From contig OZ250169.1 of the NCBI GenBank assembly GCA_965237955.1, positions 3,200,001 through 3,264,000 of the forward strand: a stretch of DNA of 64,000 bases, in the 5' to 3' direction. Positions 21,505-33,374 of the stretch are shown here, one piece after another. The notes beneath the pieces were generated by a model that did not search any database, had not been told where the DNA came from, and saw only the letters and a program-made list of their open reading frames with translations. Origin of the DNA: Candidatus Marinacidobacterales bacterium. Lineage in GTDB: Bacteria; Acidobacteriota; Vicinamibacteria; Marinacidobacterales; SMYC01. Position 1 is the stretch's first letter, and each line of letters opens with the position of its first letter. Made by a program: the position numbers and the translations under genes.

Positions 21505-23725
21505 TGTCTCCCCTAGACCTGCATGTACCGCGGCCAGCGGGAAGACCCACCAATCACTGACATCGGCATTTTCCAACGCTGCCTCTTCATGGACCAGCAT
21601 GGCTGTTCGTTCACCGAGGAGTCCGTAGAAACAAGCGAGCAACAAACGCGTGCGAGTATTGTCCGGGTACGCTTCGAGCCTGGGCTCGATCATCGCGATC
21701 CCTTTCCGCCACGCTCGGTGTGCCCGGTCGGTGTCTCCGAGCCGATCGTAGAGAATCCCCCCAAAGACGAGGGCATCGAGGTTCGAGTCCGCCATCGCCT
21801 TCTCGTAATGCTCGCGAGCGAGCTCGTAGTTTCCCGCGATCTGATGGGCCACGGCGACAAGGTAGTGAACTTCATGGTAGTCACCGAATAGACGAAGATA
21901 CTTGTTGCCGACGTCAATGGACTGCTCCGTTCCCCAGGTAGCGATGGTGAGCCAGACGTAGGCTTCTTCATTAACTGGATCGAGCTCGATAACACGACGA
22001 TAGAGAGGTGGCGCGCGGTCATGCAGGCCGCCGAACGTGTAGCCCCGGGCCCGCGTCAGAATCGTTTCGACGTCATCCGCCCGACCGAACCGAGCCGCCT
22101 CCCGCGCCTGAACCAGGCAAGCCTCACTGCGTCCCGCAAGAAAACTTATCATGCACAGGCCCGTTCTCGCCCTCATGAATGCCGGTTTCAACTGAAGGGC
22201 TTTTTCGAAACTCGCTCGAGCTTCTTCCAGACTCTTCCGGCCGCCCCATCCGTACAAGTAGCGATCGGTATGCACGGCACCGAGGCCTACGTGAGCCTCC
22301 GCCAGATTCGGATCCAGCTCCACGGCGCGATTGAAGTACACAAAGGCGACGTTCGTCGCTTCTTCGCCTCCCTCCTGAAAGGTGTGGGCACCTTGCATGT
22401 AGAAATCATAGGCATCGACACTCCGGGACTCGGGCATGGCGAGTACCGCTTCTTCTTGGCCCGTCAAACTTTTTTTCAGGCTCGTGGCCGCGCGCACGGC
22501 AATCTGCTGCTGCATTTGGAAGATGTCCTCGTACGGCGCTTCGAACTGCTCCGCCCAGGACAGAAGTCCACTCTCGGCGTCGACCAGCGACAGGCTAGTG
22601 AGAATCCGATCGCCGGCAAGATGGAACGTTCCCACGAGCACGGTATCCACATTCAACTCTCGCGCAATCGCCTCCGGAGCCGCGCTGCTGTGTCCGTAAC
22701 GACTGGCCGTTTCCCATGGCGTCACCCGCAGGCCTGCTTGGACCAGTCTGGTAGTGACGGCTTGGCTGATGCCTTCCGCCAGGTAGTCGCTTTCGAGCGG
22801 GTCGTCGCTGACATTCTTCAATGGCAAGACCGCCACCGACAGCGGCTCTCGGGGAACAACGCATCTGTCAGCCAGCCCACGAGGGCGAGCAAAGCCACCA
22901 TCGCGGCCGCAGCGAGCGCCCGTTTTCCCTTTTTCCCCAGGGACGGATACGTCGGCGGAACTGCGGCGTTTCGCTGTTCCACCCGAGCCAGGTCGGTTCG
23001 CACCTCATGAACGAGTTGGTAACGCTCGTCCGGGACCTTCGCCAACATCTTTCCCACAACGTGCTCGAGCAGCTCCGGAGTTTCCTTGCGGTAGCTCGAA
23101 AGCGGAGGTGGTGGCAGATTCAGGATCGCCGCCGCGGTGTCCATCGAGGTGGCTTTGGTGAAGGGATGAGTGCCGGTCACCATTTCATAGAGCACGATTC
23201 CGAAAGAGAAAATGTCCGAGCGAGGATCGACGACTTGGGCCCGCAGCTGCTCGGGCGACATGTAAGCCACCGTGCCCAACGTCATGCCTTCGCCGGTCAG
23301 CCGAGAGGCCGTCTCGAATTCGCTGTCCGTGGCTTCCGGGGAAGCCACCCGCTTGGCCAGGCCAAAGTCCATCACTTTTACGTGGCCGTCCTCGGTCAGC
23401 ATGATGTTGGAGGGTTTGAGGTCGCGATGGACGATGCCTTCCTGATGCGCGGTCTCGAGTGCTTCGGCGATCTCGGAAGCGATGCGCTCCGCCTCGGCGA
23501 TCGGCAGAGCTTCCCGAGCGAGGCGGCGCTCGAGGGTCTCGCCGCGAACATATTCCATCGCGATGAACGGCCTTCCCTCCGCTTCGCCGATCTCATAGAT
23601 CTTGCAGATGTAAGGATGGTCCAGAGCCGCCGCAGACTTCGCTTCCCGCAAGAAGCGCTTCTTGGCGGTTTCGTCGTGCTGGAGGTTCTCCGACAGGAGT
23701 TTCAGAGCGACCCGGCGGTCCAGGG
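21505..23725 (-). pseudogene. Ser/Thr kinase + TolB-N/FlgO-like + TPR protein, copy 2 (5'- and 3'-truncated, frameshift ~22850)
   Basis: [28 protein letters not shown], a TM, then SVAVLPL..DYLAEGI and TPRs. The Gly-rich loop is missing. Confidence 0.85.
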
Positions 23726-26383
23726 ATTGATTCGGCCCGCCTCCAAGGTGCGGCCAAGCACTTCGGTGGCAAGGTCAGTCTCGCCTAGTGCAGCATGTGT
23801 CGCCGCCAGCGAATGGAGCTGGTAGGCGTTGAAGTCCGCATCCAGTGCACGTTGCCTTTCCCTCGAGAACGCAGATGGGTCACCGAGAAGGCCATAGAAA
23901 CTGGCGAGATAAACTCGTACGCCGGTGTTGTCGGGGTAGCCTTCGAGGCTGCGTTCAGCCAGCTCGACGCCGGCCCGCCACTCGTCCTCCGCCCGACCGC
24001 GCTCCCCCGTCTGAGCGAAGAGCATACCTGAGTAAAGGAGGGGAAGTTCCAGAGTGATCGAGCCCGTAGTTGAGCCCGCCCGTCGCGCAAGCTCGGTAGC
24101 CTTGTCGTAGTGCTCCCGAGCGATCTCATGGGAGCCGGAAGCATGATAGGCGAGGGCGAGAGCGGTGTGAACCTCGAAGTCATCGCCGAATCGTTGCAGA
24201 TAGGTGTTCCCGGCTTCAATGGCTTGCTCGGGCTCACCGGCCCAAGCGGAGGCCCACGTAAGGTGGTAGTGGGCGGCCACGTTTGCGGGGTCCATAATTG
24301 TGATGCGGCGATAGAGCGGGAGAGACCGGTCTGGCAAACCTCCGAACTCGTACGCTAGCGCCTGAGCCAGGAGTGTTTCGACATCATACGCCCCGCCCGA
24401 GCGAGCCGCCTCACGTCCATGAACTAGGCATGCCTCACTCCGCCCCCTGAAGAAATTCACGTAGATGAGGCCTCTTCGGGCCCTCATGTCGGCCGGGTTC
24501 AGTTGGAGCGCCCTCTCGAAGCTCACTTCGGCTCGCTCGAGGTTCTCGAGGCCACCTTCCCAACCGTAGTTGTAGCGCGTCGAGTACACGGCGCCGAGGC
24601 CCACGTGGGCTACCGCCAGGCTTGGGTCGAGCTCGAGGGCTCGTGTGAAGTACTGGAAGGCAACGTCCGTTGCCTCCTGACCGCCCTCTTCCATAGTGTG
24701 GGCCGCTTGCAAGTAGAAGTCATAGGCGTCGACGCTCCGGGATTCGGGCGTAACGAGTGTCTGTTCTTCCTCGCCGGTCAGCACTTCTTTCAGGCTCGCC
24801 GCCACGCCGGTGGCGATCCGGCGCTGCATCCGAAAAAGGTCATCATGGGGTTCCGCGATGATGTCCGCCCAAGACTGAAACCCACTCTCGGCGTCCACCA
24901 AAGACAGATTGGTGAGAATCTGATCCCCGGCGATTTGGAAAGTTCCGACGAGCACGGCGTCCACGTTCAGCTCCCGAGCGATGGTGTCCGCGCCGTAGTT
25001 GCTGTCCCGGTAACGCCGGGATGTCTCCCATGGGGTCACGCGCAGGCCGACTTGGGTCAGCTTGGTGCTGACGGCTTGGCTGATACCATCCGCGAGGTAG
25101 TCGCTCTCCAGCGGCTCGTCGCTGATATTGGTCAGAGGCAAGACGGCAACCGAAGGAGGTCCTTCGGTGGATGGTCCGAAGGGACGATCCGGCCAAAACG
25201 CCAGCGCTGCTACGAGAGCGGCCACCGCAAAAGCTGCCAAACCGATCCGCCCTTGCTTTTTTCCCAAAGCTGGCAGGCGTGGAGCGGAAGAGTGTTTCTC
25301 GATCGGCCGAGGCCGCACGTCGACACGACCTAGATCCGTCCGCAGTTCATGAACGAGCTGGTATCGCTCTCCTGGCTCCTTAGCGAGCATCTTCGAGATG
25401 ATGTGCTCGAGGATCTCCGGAACGTCCGGTCGGTACCGGGACATCGGAGGCACGGGCAGGTTCAAGATGGAAGCTGCGGTGTCCATGCTGGCGGACTTGC
25501 TGAAAGGATGCTCGCCGCAGAGCATCTCATAGAGCAAGATGCCGAACGAGAAAACGTCAGAGCGAGCATCGACAGGATAACCCCGTAGCTGCTCGGGGGA
25601 CATGTAGGCGAGCGTTCCCAGGGTCATGCCTTCCCCGGTCAGCCGAGACGCGGTTTCGAATTGACTGTCCACGGATGCCGGCGTCGCCACTCGTTTGGCC
25701 AAACCGGAATCCAGCACCTTTACATGACCGCCGACCGTGAGCATGATGTTGGGGGGTTTCAAGTCTCGATGAACGATGTGTTCCCGATGAGCCGTGTCGA
25801 GAGCCTCGGCGATCTCGGAGGCGATGCGATGCGCGTCGGCGAGCGGCAAAGCCTCCCGCTTCAAGCGGTCGGCGAGCGTCTCACCGCCGATATACTCCAT
25901 GGCGATAAAGGACTTCCCGTCCACTTCGCCGATTTCGTAGATCTTGCAGATGTAGGGGTGGTCCAACGCGGCGGCCGACTTCGCTTCCCGCAGGAAGCGT
26001 TTCTTCGCGGTTTCGTCCTTTTCCAACTCCTCGGTGAGAAGTTTCAGCGCCACGCGACGGTCGAGGGTTTGGTCCCGGGCAAGAAAGACCTCTCCCATAC
26101 CCCCTCTGCCGAGCTTTTCCTGAATTTCGTAATGAGAAAGGGTCTTGCCGATAAGCTCCGCGGAGCCCGCCCTCTTGAGCGAGACCTCCTCGGGGGCATC
26201 GAACTTCGCCGAGGGGGGCTCCTCGAGAAACCCTTCCGCCTCGTGGGTCAGAAGGGAGTCCACCTCCTTGCGGATTTCGGGATCGGGGCAGGCTTGGTCC
26301 AGGAAATGCGCTCTCTCTGAAGGATCACGATCCAGCGCAGCGTCGACAATCTTCTTGATCTGTTGCCAGCGAGGGGAGCTCAC
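23702..26383 (-). CDS. Ser/Thr kinase + TM + TolB-N/FlgO-like + TPR protein, copy 1 (3' end lost; DFG reads DSG)
   Basis: RWQQIK...ER..FL..AC N-terminus typical of ECF-partner kinases, GRGGMG, VALK, HRDLKPPN, GTLAYMSPE. Confidence 0.85.
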   Translation of the reverse strand: MSSPRWQQIKKIVDAALDRDPSERAHFLDQACPDPEIRKEVDSLLTHEAEGFLEEPPSAKFDAPEEVSLKRAGSAELIGKTLSHYEIQEKLGRGGMGEVFLARDQTLDRRVALKLLTEELEKDETAKKRFLREAKSAAALDHPYICKIYEIGEVDGKSFIAMEYIGGETLADRLKREALPLADAHRIASEIAEALDTAHREHIVHRDLKPPNIMLTVGGHVKVLDSGLAKRVATPASVDSQFETASRLTGEGMTLGTLAYMSPEQLRGYPVDARSDVFSFGILLYEMLCGEHPFSKSASMDTAASILNLPVPPMSRYRPDVPEILEHIISKMLAKEPGERYQLVHELRTDLGRVDVRPRPIEKHSSAPRLPALGKKQGRIGLAAFAVAALVAALAFWPDRPFGPSTEGPPSVAVLPLTNISDEPLESDYLADGISQAVSTKLTQVGLRVTPWETSRRYRDSNYGADTIARELNVDAVLVGTFQIAGDQILTNLSLVDAESGFQSWADIIAEPHDDLFRMQRRIATGVAASLKEVLTGEEEQTLVTPESRSVDAYDFYLQAAHTMEEGGQEATDVAFQYFTRALELDPSLAVAHVGLGAVYSTRYNYGWEGGLENLERAEVSFERALQLNPADMRARRGLIYVNFFRGRSEACLVHGREAARSGGAYDVETLLAQALAYEFGGLPDRSLPLYRRITIMDPANVAAHYHLTWASAWAGEPEQAIEAGNTYLQRFGDDFEVHTALALAYHASGSHEIAREHYDKATELARRAGSTTGSITLELPLLYSGMLFAQTGERGRAEDEWRAGVELAERSLEGYPDNTGVRVYLASFYGLLGDPSAFSRERQRALDADFNAYQLHSLAATHAALGETDLATEVLGRTLEAGRINPWTAGSL

Positions 26384-26957
26384 GGCGACGCGGCGCCTTC
26401 TAGCGCACGGCGAAGCCAGAGCTTGGCGACTCTCCAGTCGCGCTTGACCGTCGCCGGGGACACGCTGAGGACCTCGGCAGTTTCTTCCATATTCAAACCG
26501 CCGAAGTACCTGAGCTCCACAATGCGGGACTGCCGGGAGTCGACCTCCTCCAACTTGCTGAGTGCTTCATGAAGGGCGACGACGTCGACATCCAGAGGCT
26601 CGACGGGGGTATCGGCCTCATCGAGAGTGACCCGCGTCGGCATGCCACCACGCTTCACCGCCCGGCGCTTGCGCGCGTGCTCGACGAGGATGCGTCTCAT
26701 GAGCTGGGATGCGACGGCAAAAAAATGCGCCCGATTCTGCCAGCCGACCTGACGCGTCCCGAAGAGCCGGAGAAACGCCTCGTGGGTGAGGGCGGTCGGC
26801 TGGAGGGAGTGATCCGGTCTCTCGCCGCGGAGCTGCTGGCGCGCCAGATTGCGGAGCTCCGCATAAACGATAGGGATGAGCTCGTCGAGAGCCTCGGGGC
26901 TCCCGTTCTTCCACGCAACCAGGAGCCGGTGACATCTCCCTGTCTCGAAGTTTCCAT
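26380..26957 (-). pseudogene. ECF sigma factor (TIGR02999-like, kinase-associated), single frameshift at ~26927
   Basis: DVT(R)LLVAW...LIPIVYAELRNLA...HSLQPTALTHEAFLRL...NRAHFFAVASQLMRRILV...ELRYFGGL...TVKRDW. Overlaps the kinase start. Confidence 0.85.
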
Positions 26958-27207
26958 ACGCCTACCGGGAACGCCATTGTTTCTACCACCGTGGGGGTCT
27001 GTCAAACAACCAAGCACCCCAAGTCCGAGGTAGCCGTGACCCGGTTTCGCGCCATTCTACGCCTATTCATATAAGGAAGGCCTGAGGAGAGCTTAGTGAA
27101 TGACCAATGGTTCGGGCAACTTGTTGAAAACTCCGCCGATCGAGCGTACACTCCTCGTCACGACGGAAAAGTCGCACAATCGCCCTCAGGCCTGAGGGAG
27201 GCGCAAC

Positions 27208-28227
27208 ATGGACATCCGACGGGTTCTGCCCTTTCTTTTTGTTTTGCTTATCCTTCTGCCCCCGGCGAGCGCCCTGGCTCAGGCGGCCTGGGGACCGAGC
27301 CAAGGAGAAGCCTTCTTCTCCATTAGCTACCAGTGGCTCGACGCGAAGCGCCATGCGCTCGACAACTCCGGACTGAGCCCCTTTGAAGATTGGCTCGGCC
27401 AGTATTTCGACTCTAACGAGATAGAGGATTTCGGAAGGCTGTCGGCGTTGTCCATGGTTCTGGACGCCGAGGTCGGCGTCACCGACCGACTCACGCTGAC
27501 GGGAGGACTCGCTTTCACCACGGCGAGATACCTTGGGGACGTTCCGGAAACCCCGACGGACGCCGACGGTCAGTTCCATGGAGCGGTTCAGGACGCGCGC
27601 ATCGCTGCACGGTATGCGGCCGTCAACGACGGAACCTGGTCGGTCACGCCGTTCGCGGCGTTTGTCTTTCCGGCCACGGACTACGCCGTTTTCGGTCAAA
27701 CTGCCCCCGGTTTGGGGTTGAACGAACTCCAGGTGGGAGCGGCCGTCGGGCGGCTCCTGGACATCCGTGGTTCTCCGAGAGCCTGGTTCCAAGGGGCGTA
27801 CTACTATGCCTTCATGGAGAATGTGAGCGAGGCAATCAACGTCGATCGCAGCAACTTGATCCTGGATCTCGGGTATTTCGTAAACGAGCGGCTCAGCGTG
27901 AATCTCCTGACAAAACTGGCAAAAGGTTCATGGCGGTATTGAGTGGAAAATGTTAGCCACCCCACTCTCAGCGTCGTGGATTTGGTTCGGTCCCCGCATT
28001 TGGACGACTCATTTCACGCCCACGACCGGGCAGCGGCAACCCATGAATGGCGATGGGGCGGAGGGGTTTCCTTTCAAGTAAGCGAGACGGTCGAAGTGTA
28101 TGGGTCGATCAACAGCTTCCTGTGGGGTGTGAATACCCATAACGCCAGGACATTCAATTTTGGTGTGAACGTTTCAGCCCAGTTGTGGGGTGGCGGTGGA
28201 CTCGGCATGTGGGCAAAGCGACAATGA
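27208..28227 (+). CDS. Hypothetical secreted/outer-membrane beta-barrel protein (frameshift ~27912)
   Basis: Signal peptide. Removing one A from CTGACAAAAC gives LTNWQKVHGGIEW, continuing into ORF 27943-28227. Confidence 0.6.
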
Positions 28228-28354
28228 CCCGGACGCGGACATGGACGACTGGTTGTTGGAAGATTTCGAAGTCGAGGGGGATGAGAATGAGGACAAAGAC
28301 CAAGAAAAGCAGGACGGGACGTCGCCCTAGGCGGTATCTAGGAAGGGGGCTGGT

Positions 28355-28867
28355 ATGAAAAAACTTCTTCTACTGTTCGTTATCTTGGGAGGGCTCGTCG
28401 TCGTGAGTGACACTTTGCTCCACGCCTGCGGCTCCAAGTTCCTCGTCAGTAGCCGAGGTGCGCGCTATCAACGCGTCCTCGCAAGCATCAAACCAACCAA
28501 CATACTCTTCTACTGGCAACAGGATGAAAAGACGAAAGAGGAAGATCGGTGGAATCCCGATGCCGAGAAAATGTTGGAGGATATTGGCCACACCGTTGAC
28601 GTGACCTTCGACGCCGATGCCTTCTTGGGCGCCGCGAAAAATGGCGACTTCGACGTCCTGGCCATCCCGCTCGACGAAGCCAGAAAGCTCCACACCGAAA
28701 TGGCGTCCTTGTCTCCGGATTCCGCCGTGCTGCCGATCCTCTACTTTCCCACGCGAAGCGAGTACTCGCAGGCGCGACGAGAGTTCGACGTCGTGATGAA
28801 GCTTCCGACAACGACGCCCAAGTTTCTCGCGGCCCTCGAGAAGGCGCGAAGGACGGTTAGCCCTTAG
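28355..28867 (+). CDS. Hypothetical exported protein with receiver-like fold
   Basis: Signal peptide ending LHA-CG.KF, clean 170-aa ORF, same orientation as its neighbours. Confidence 0.6.
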   Translation: MKKLLLLFVILGGLVVVSDTLLHACGSKFLVSSRGARYQRVLASIKPTNILFYWQQDEKTKEEDRWNPDAEKMLEDIGHTVDVTFDADAFLGAAKNGDFDVLAIPLDEARKLHTEMASLSPDSAVLPILYFPTRSEYSQARREFDVVMKLPTTTPKFLAALEKARRTVSP

Positions 28868-28889
28868 GTCGCGTCAACGAAGGTCGACC

Positions 28890-30143
28890 GTGTCCGGAGT
28901 CAATCGAAAATGGCTCGCTCCCACTCTGGTGAGTGTAGGACTCCTGGCAAGTGAAGGCTGTGACCGATTCCCCGCTACCGCGGATGCGAACGGCGGGCAG
29001 TGGTACCACGCGAGCCTCGCAATCAAGGAGGGTGACGAATTCCCCTTTTTCCTTCGGCTGCCTGACGATTGCGAGAGCCAAGCCGCAACCATCCTCAATG
29101 GCGAGGAGCGAGTCAGCGCCGGGTGCCGCCGCAGCCCAGTCGGCTTCGTGGTCGACTTCCCCGTTTACGGAACGCAGATCGAGGCCTGGTTCAAGCCGGA
29201 TGGGACGTTGACCGGACACTGGTGCCGAGAACAGCCTCCCGGGAGGGAGCCGATCTTGTCCCTTACGGCCCAGCCGGTAGCCGGACCGGATCCGAGCACT
29301 CGCTTCCCCGCCGAGCCCGCGGAGGCAGAAACCGAATTACCGCACGCGGAAGTAGCAGGTAGCTGGCGCATGGAGTTCGATTCGTACGGCGTTGCCAAGG
29401 GCGTCTTCGTGCAGAAATCCTCAGGCGTTGTGACCGGATCCGTCGAGATCCCTTCCGAGTATGGAGACCTGCGTTTCCTTGCCGGCAACGTGCGGGGAAC
29501 GCGCGTGTGGCTGTCGACGTTCGATGGCCAGAATGCGTTCATGCTCGAAGGCGAGATAAAGCCCGATGGGACGATGGAGGGGGAGAGGGTCGATCAAAAT
29601 TCACGGGATTCTTTCGTCGCCGAACGTGATGACGATTTCGAAATACCCGATCCGCTCGATCGCGTCGCGTTCACGCCCGATGAACAACGGCTCGAGCTCG
29701 ATCCTCTCCGTGACTCGAAGTTCGACGGCAAGGGCGTGATCGTGCAGCTCTTCGGCACGTGGTGTCCCAACTGCAACGACCACGCTCCGGCGCTCGTGGA
29801 GCTCTATCGAAACTACCGCGGCCAGGGCCTCGAGATCCTGGGGCTCGCGTACGAGTACGGAAACGACTTGGAGTACAAGCAGCGCCGTGTTCGGGAGTTC
29901 AAGAAAAAGCATGGAGTCGAGTGGGATATCGTCATCACCGACTCGACGCTCGAAGAGCTCGCGTTCGAAGGACTCGCCGGGCTTGCCCCCATCGAAGGGG
30001 TCCCGGTCACGATCTTCTTGAACCGCGATCGCACGGTGCACGCCATCTACAGCGGCTTCTCCGGCCCCGCAACCGGGGAGACCCACCGAGAAGCGAAAGC
30101 TCAGCTCGAGAAGCTGACGGCCCAGATCCTCGGCGAGCTCTGA
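28890..30143 (+). CDS. TlpA-family disulfide reductase lipoprotein
   Basis: GTWCPNC thioredoxin motif, GDLRFLAG, LSTFDG, P.TIFLNR, GFSGPATG. Confidence 0.85.
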   Translation: MSGVNRKWLAPTLVSVGLLASEGCDRFPATADANGGQWYHASLAIKEGDEFPFFLRLPDDCESQAATILNGEERVSAGCRRSPVGFVVDFPVYGTQIEAWFKPDGTLTGHWCREQPPGREPILSLTAQPVAGPDPSTRFPAEPAEAETELPHAEVAGSWRMEFDSYGVAKGVFVQKSSGVVTGSVEIPSEYGDLRFLAGNVRGTRVWLSTFDGQNAFMLEGEIKPDGTMEGERVDQNSRDSFVAERDDDFEIPDPLDRVAFTPDEQRLELDPLRDSKFDGKGVIVQLFGTWCPNCNDHAPALVELYRNYRGQGLEILGLAYEYGNDLEYKQRRVREFKKKHGVEWDIVITDSTLEELAFEGLAGLAPIEGVPVTIFLNRDRTVHAIYSGFSGPATGETHREAKAQLEKLTAQILGEL

Positions 30144-30189
30144 TTTCGCGCTTCTTCATTACGTTGAGGACTCTCTGTCCAATCACCAC

Positions 30190-30404
30190 GTGATATGGTT
30201 CCGTACCATGCACGCTTCTAACCGTTTCGGCGCCGCCGCAGTCGCTCTCATAATGTTCGGATGCGAAGCTCCGAATCGATCGGACAACGCCTACGACGAC
30301 GCACTGCTCCTCAGCATGGCCGCCCTCGGTGAGAACGAAGACGGCTCACCCAAGCCGCTTCCCGGGCGCGTCGGAGTCCTCACCTATGACCGAGCGGAGT
30401 GGGG
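30190..30404 (+). pseudogene. 5' fragment of a lipoprotein gene, cut by IS91-like sequence
   Basis: Lipobox-like LIMFGC; the frame stops at the junction with the transposase fragment. Confidence 0.4.
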
Positions 30405-31277
30405 CTGACGCTTCGTGGCAACCCGTTCCCTACGTCGATACCCATAAGGCTGAGCTCCTTTTTCGCCACAAGCTCCTCAGACTCCTCCGCAACAAAGACC
30501 TCATCACACAAGAGCGCATCGACTTACTCCTGTCATGGAAAAATTCAGGTTTCGGTGTTCACAATCACACGACGGTCTATCCCAATGACACCGAGGGGCT
30601 GCACAAGCTTGCTTGTTATCTCATGCGAGCCCCGGTGAATCTCTCCCGACTGCGCTACCACCCCGAATCCGAGCTCATCCTCTATGAATCCAAATCAGCA
30701 CACGACGCCAACGACCCCGAGCTCGTGGACCCGCTCGAGTTCTTGGCTCGAGTACTCATTCACGTCCCCGAGCCCAATAAACATCTCGTTCGATTCTACG
30801 GCGCTTACGCCAATCGCGTTCGTTCAGAAAAAATCGCTCGCAGTGACTCCGTGAAACAGGAGGAGAAAAAAGAGGACGATGTTCTCCCGCGAAGACGTGC
30901 TCTGAGTAAGCGATGGGCCGAGCTCATCTACCGTATCTACGAGGTCGACCCTTTGACCTGTCGTCGATGCGGAGAACAGATGAAAATCATCGCCTTCATT
31001 TCCGAGCCTTCTGTCATCCGACGCATCTTGGATCATCTCGAGCGCAAAGCTCGACCGAGAGCTCCTCCCGAGCCCTCCGAGATCGCCGTCCACTAATCGC
31101 CCTACTCGAATGGACACTCCTCGTGTGTCTCGAACCCACGAAACACACTTGACCAACTTCGCACCGGCGGCGGCGGAGCGTGATTTCCCGTGGAGATGCT
31201 CACCGAAGGGTCTAATATCCATATCGTAGGAGAAACTCCCGCCCAGCTCGCAACCCGACGAGATACAAATGTCTATT
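30405..31277 (+). mobile_element. IS91-like (Y2/HUH rolling-circle) transposase 3' part plus downstream end
   Basis: SGFGVH, LACYLMRAP, DPLEFLARVLIHVP, VRFYGAYAN, WAELIYRIYEVDPLTC..C, ILDHL...RAPP. Ends in oriIS-like AAATGTCTAT. Confidence 0.85.
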
Positions 31278-31362
31278 AGTATTAGTTCTGGAGGGACGCC
31301 CGCGCGATGGTGCGGCACTACAAGAAGCTCGGCACCCACGTCATCAAGCAATACATGCAGCC

Positions 31363-32851
31363 GTGCTGCTCACACAGACATCATGCAGATTTCCGAGCAG
31401 GTTTTCGACGAGCCCCTGGCCTGGCGACACTCCGGACAGCAGGGCCAGCGCGAGACGGTTCGCAGCGATGGCAACTCGCTGCTCGATTTGCCGCGCTCCT
31501 GACCCGCTGCGCCGTCTTGCGTTGCCCGGAGAGCCGATCCGGCACATTCTCCTCTCGGCTGAAGTACACCTCGTCCGGCGTGCGAGCTCCGAGAACGGCG
31601 CGCGGGATCTTCTCGTTGTGCTCACGGACGTAGAACGCGACGAGACGCCGCACCGCCGCCGCACTGTCGAGGGTGTTCAGGAAGAGCCACGCGTGCTTCA
31701 ATTGTCGCCAGAACGCCTCGATCAAGGAGTTCGAGGAGATGATGTCGATCTGCGCGAGCACACGATGCAGAGAACTTGAATCCCGGAGCAGCTGGTCGAC
31801 CTCGCCAAAGTTCTCCGAACCGCCGTCGGTGACGACAACTACGTTCGCGGTCGCTGAGTCGTCCGGAAGGCCCTTTGACGCCTCGATGAGGAGCTCCCGG
31901 GTGGTGGCCGAGCTCAGCGTGTCGCTCACCCGCCAGGCAAGAATCCTTCGGCTGAAATTATCGATGACCGCCTGCAGATAGATTCGGATGCCGGTCGTCA
32001 GCCAGATCACGGTCGCGTCGATTTGCCAGTACTCGTTGGGGCGCGTCGCCCTGAGGCCTGTCTTGGGCTTCGCCGGATGCACCCGCCTTCGAGGACGTTT
32101 CCACCCGCGCCTGCGGATCATCTTGTACCATGTGCTTGCCGAGGCGAAGAGCTTGCCAAGCCGCTGCGCGTAAAGCGCTAAGTTCTGGACGGCGATGTGG
32201 CGATAGCTCTCGGACTCAACGAAATCTCTCATCGTGGAGACTTCGTCGCGCGTGAGCTGGCTGGGAGTGGACTTCGGACAGCTCGGTTGATCGTCGAGTC
32301 CGCAGCCGTCTTCCTTGCGCCTCCACGCGTGATAACGCGCCGTCGAGACGCAACACGATTCTGAGCACGGTGCTTAACGACAGGAGACCAGTCGCCGACG
32401 CGATCGCCCGGAGCACCGCCGATTTGGTCTCACCATCGGGAAGGCGATCCCCGTCGAGTTTTCCCCGGCGGAACCTCAACACACGCACGAGTAACCCGAT
32501 GATCGCCGCCTGCACCTTGGCTCGCTGTCTTAGATTGTCGACCTGCTCCAACAGCTCGTAGACTTCCAGCTCAACGTCCACCGAAGCGACCACGGGCCGT
32601 ACCTCGCCGCGCGCCCATGTGCGTCGCGTCGACGCGGGGATGGCGACATCCCGGAAGAGGTCCGCATTGCCCGTCGCGGCGATGGCGTCACGCAGCCGAT
32701 GGTCGTAGCTCCGCCGAACTCGGTGGGTTCTCGTCATGCCCAAGAATGGCAGGGTGCTATTCTCATCGCCAGCTGGCCGATCATGGCTGCGTGCAAAGGA
32801 GCCTGTCGAACTTTCCCTCTCCGTCGTCCACAATGATCGTGCGAAGAGCAC
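31363..32851 (-). mobile_element. 1489-bp DDE integrase-core element, copy 1 (frameshift ~32350)
   Basis: Transposase with WQIDAT, AVIDNFSRRILAW, VTDGGSEN, SNSLIEAFW. Imperfect IRs GTGCTCTTCGCACGATCAT / GTGCTGCTCACACAGACAT. Confidence 0.88.
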
Positions 32852-32959
32852 GGCTGGAAACGGGGACACGGTAAGGACTGAGGCACCGGCAGTTGGCGAA
32901 AGCCGCCGGCAACAGCTACTCCCCTTACCTACATCTACCGCGCCAGCCCTCGACCCTAC
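32852..32959 (+). ncRNA. Group II intron 3' (domain VI) remnant
   Basis: GGCTGGAAACG...ACCGCGCCAGCCCTCGACCCTAC. The flanks pair and the end matches the typical intron 3' terminus. Domain V side is cut off by the IS. Confidence 0.6.
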
Positions 32960-32962
32960 CGA

Positions 32963-33339
32963 CCACGGCTTGGATAAAATACGGAGAAGGTCCTGCCCAT
33001 GAGCCTCTGCCCAGAGGCTCATGGGTGGGGGACTACGACGAATTTCAGAAGAACAGGAAGAAAGTCCAGTTTACGGCTCAGGACATCAGATTTACCGTTA
33101 AGGACAAGACCATATATGCGATCTGTCTTGATTGGCCAAGCGATGAAGTGACAATCAAATACCTGGCTGGGGAAGACGAATATTTTGGATTGTATGAATC
33201 AGAGATCGAATCCGTAAAGATGCTTGGTGTTGATGAAGAACTGGAATGGAAAATGACCGAAGACGGCCTCACAATCAAAACCCCGGACCAGAAACCTTGC
33301 GAGCATGCTTTCACCTTCAAGATTGAACGCAAGCATTAG
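32963..33339 (+). pseudogene. Alpha-L-fucosidase (GH29) C-terminal fragment
   Basis: W.KYGEGP...FTAQDIRFTVKDKTIYAICLDWP...VKMLG...LEWK...GLTI...PCEHAFTFKI. AT-richer than its flanks. Confidence 0.75.
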
Positions 33340-33374
33340 GTTAGGCTAGCTGATCGCAATAAGGAGAGATTCCC

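Noticed and set aside
31060-31096. RAPP at the IS91-like transposase C-terminus as a novel arrest peptide
   Set aside because: It is a common feature of this transposase family, and nothing here shows a regulatory role.
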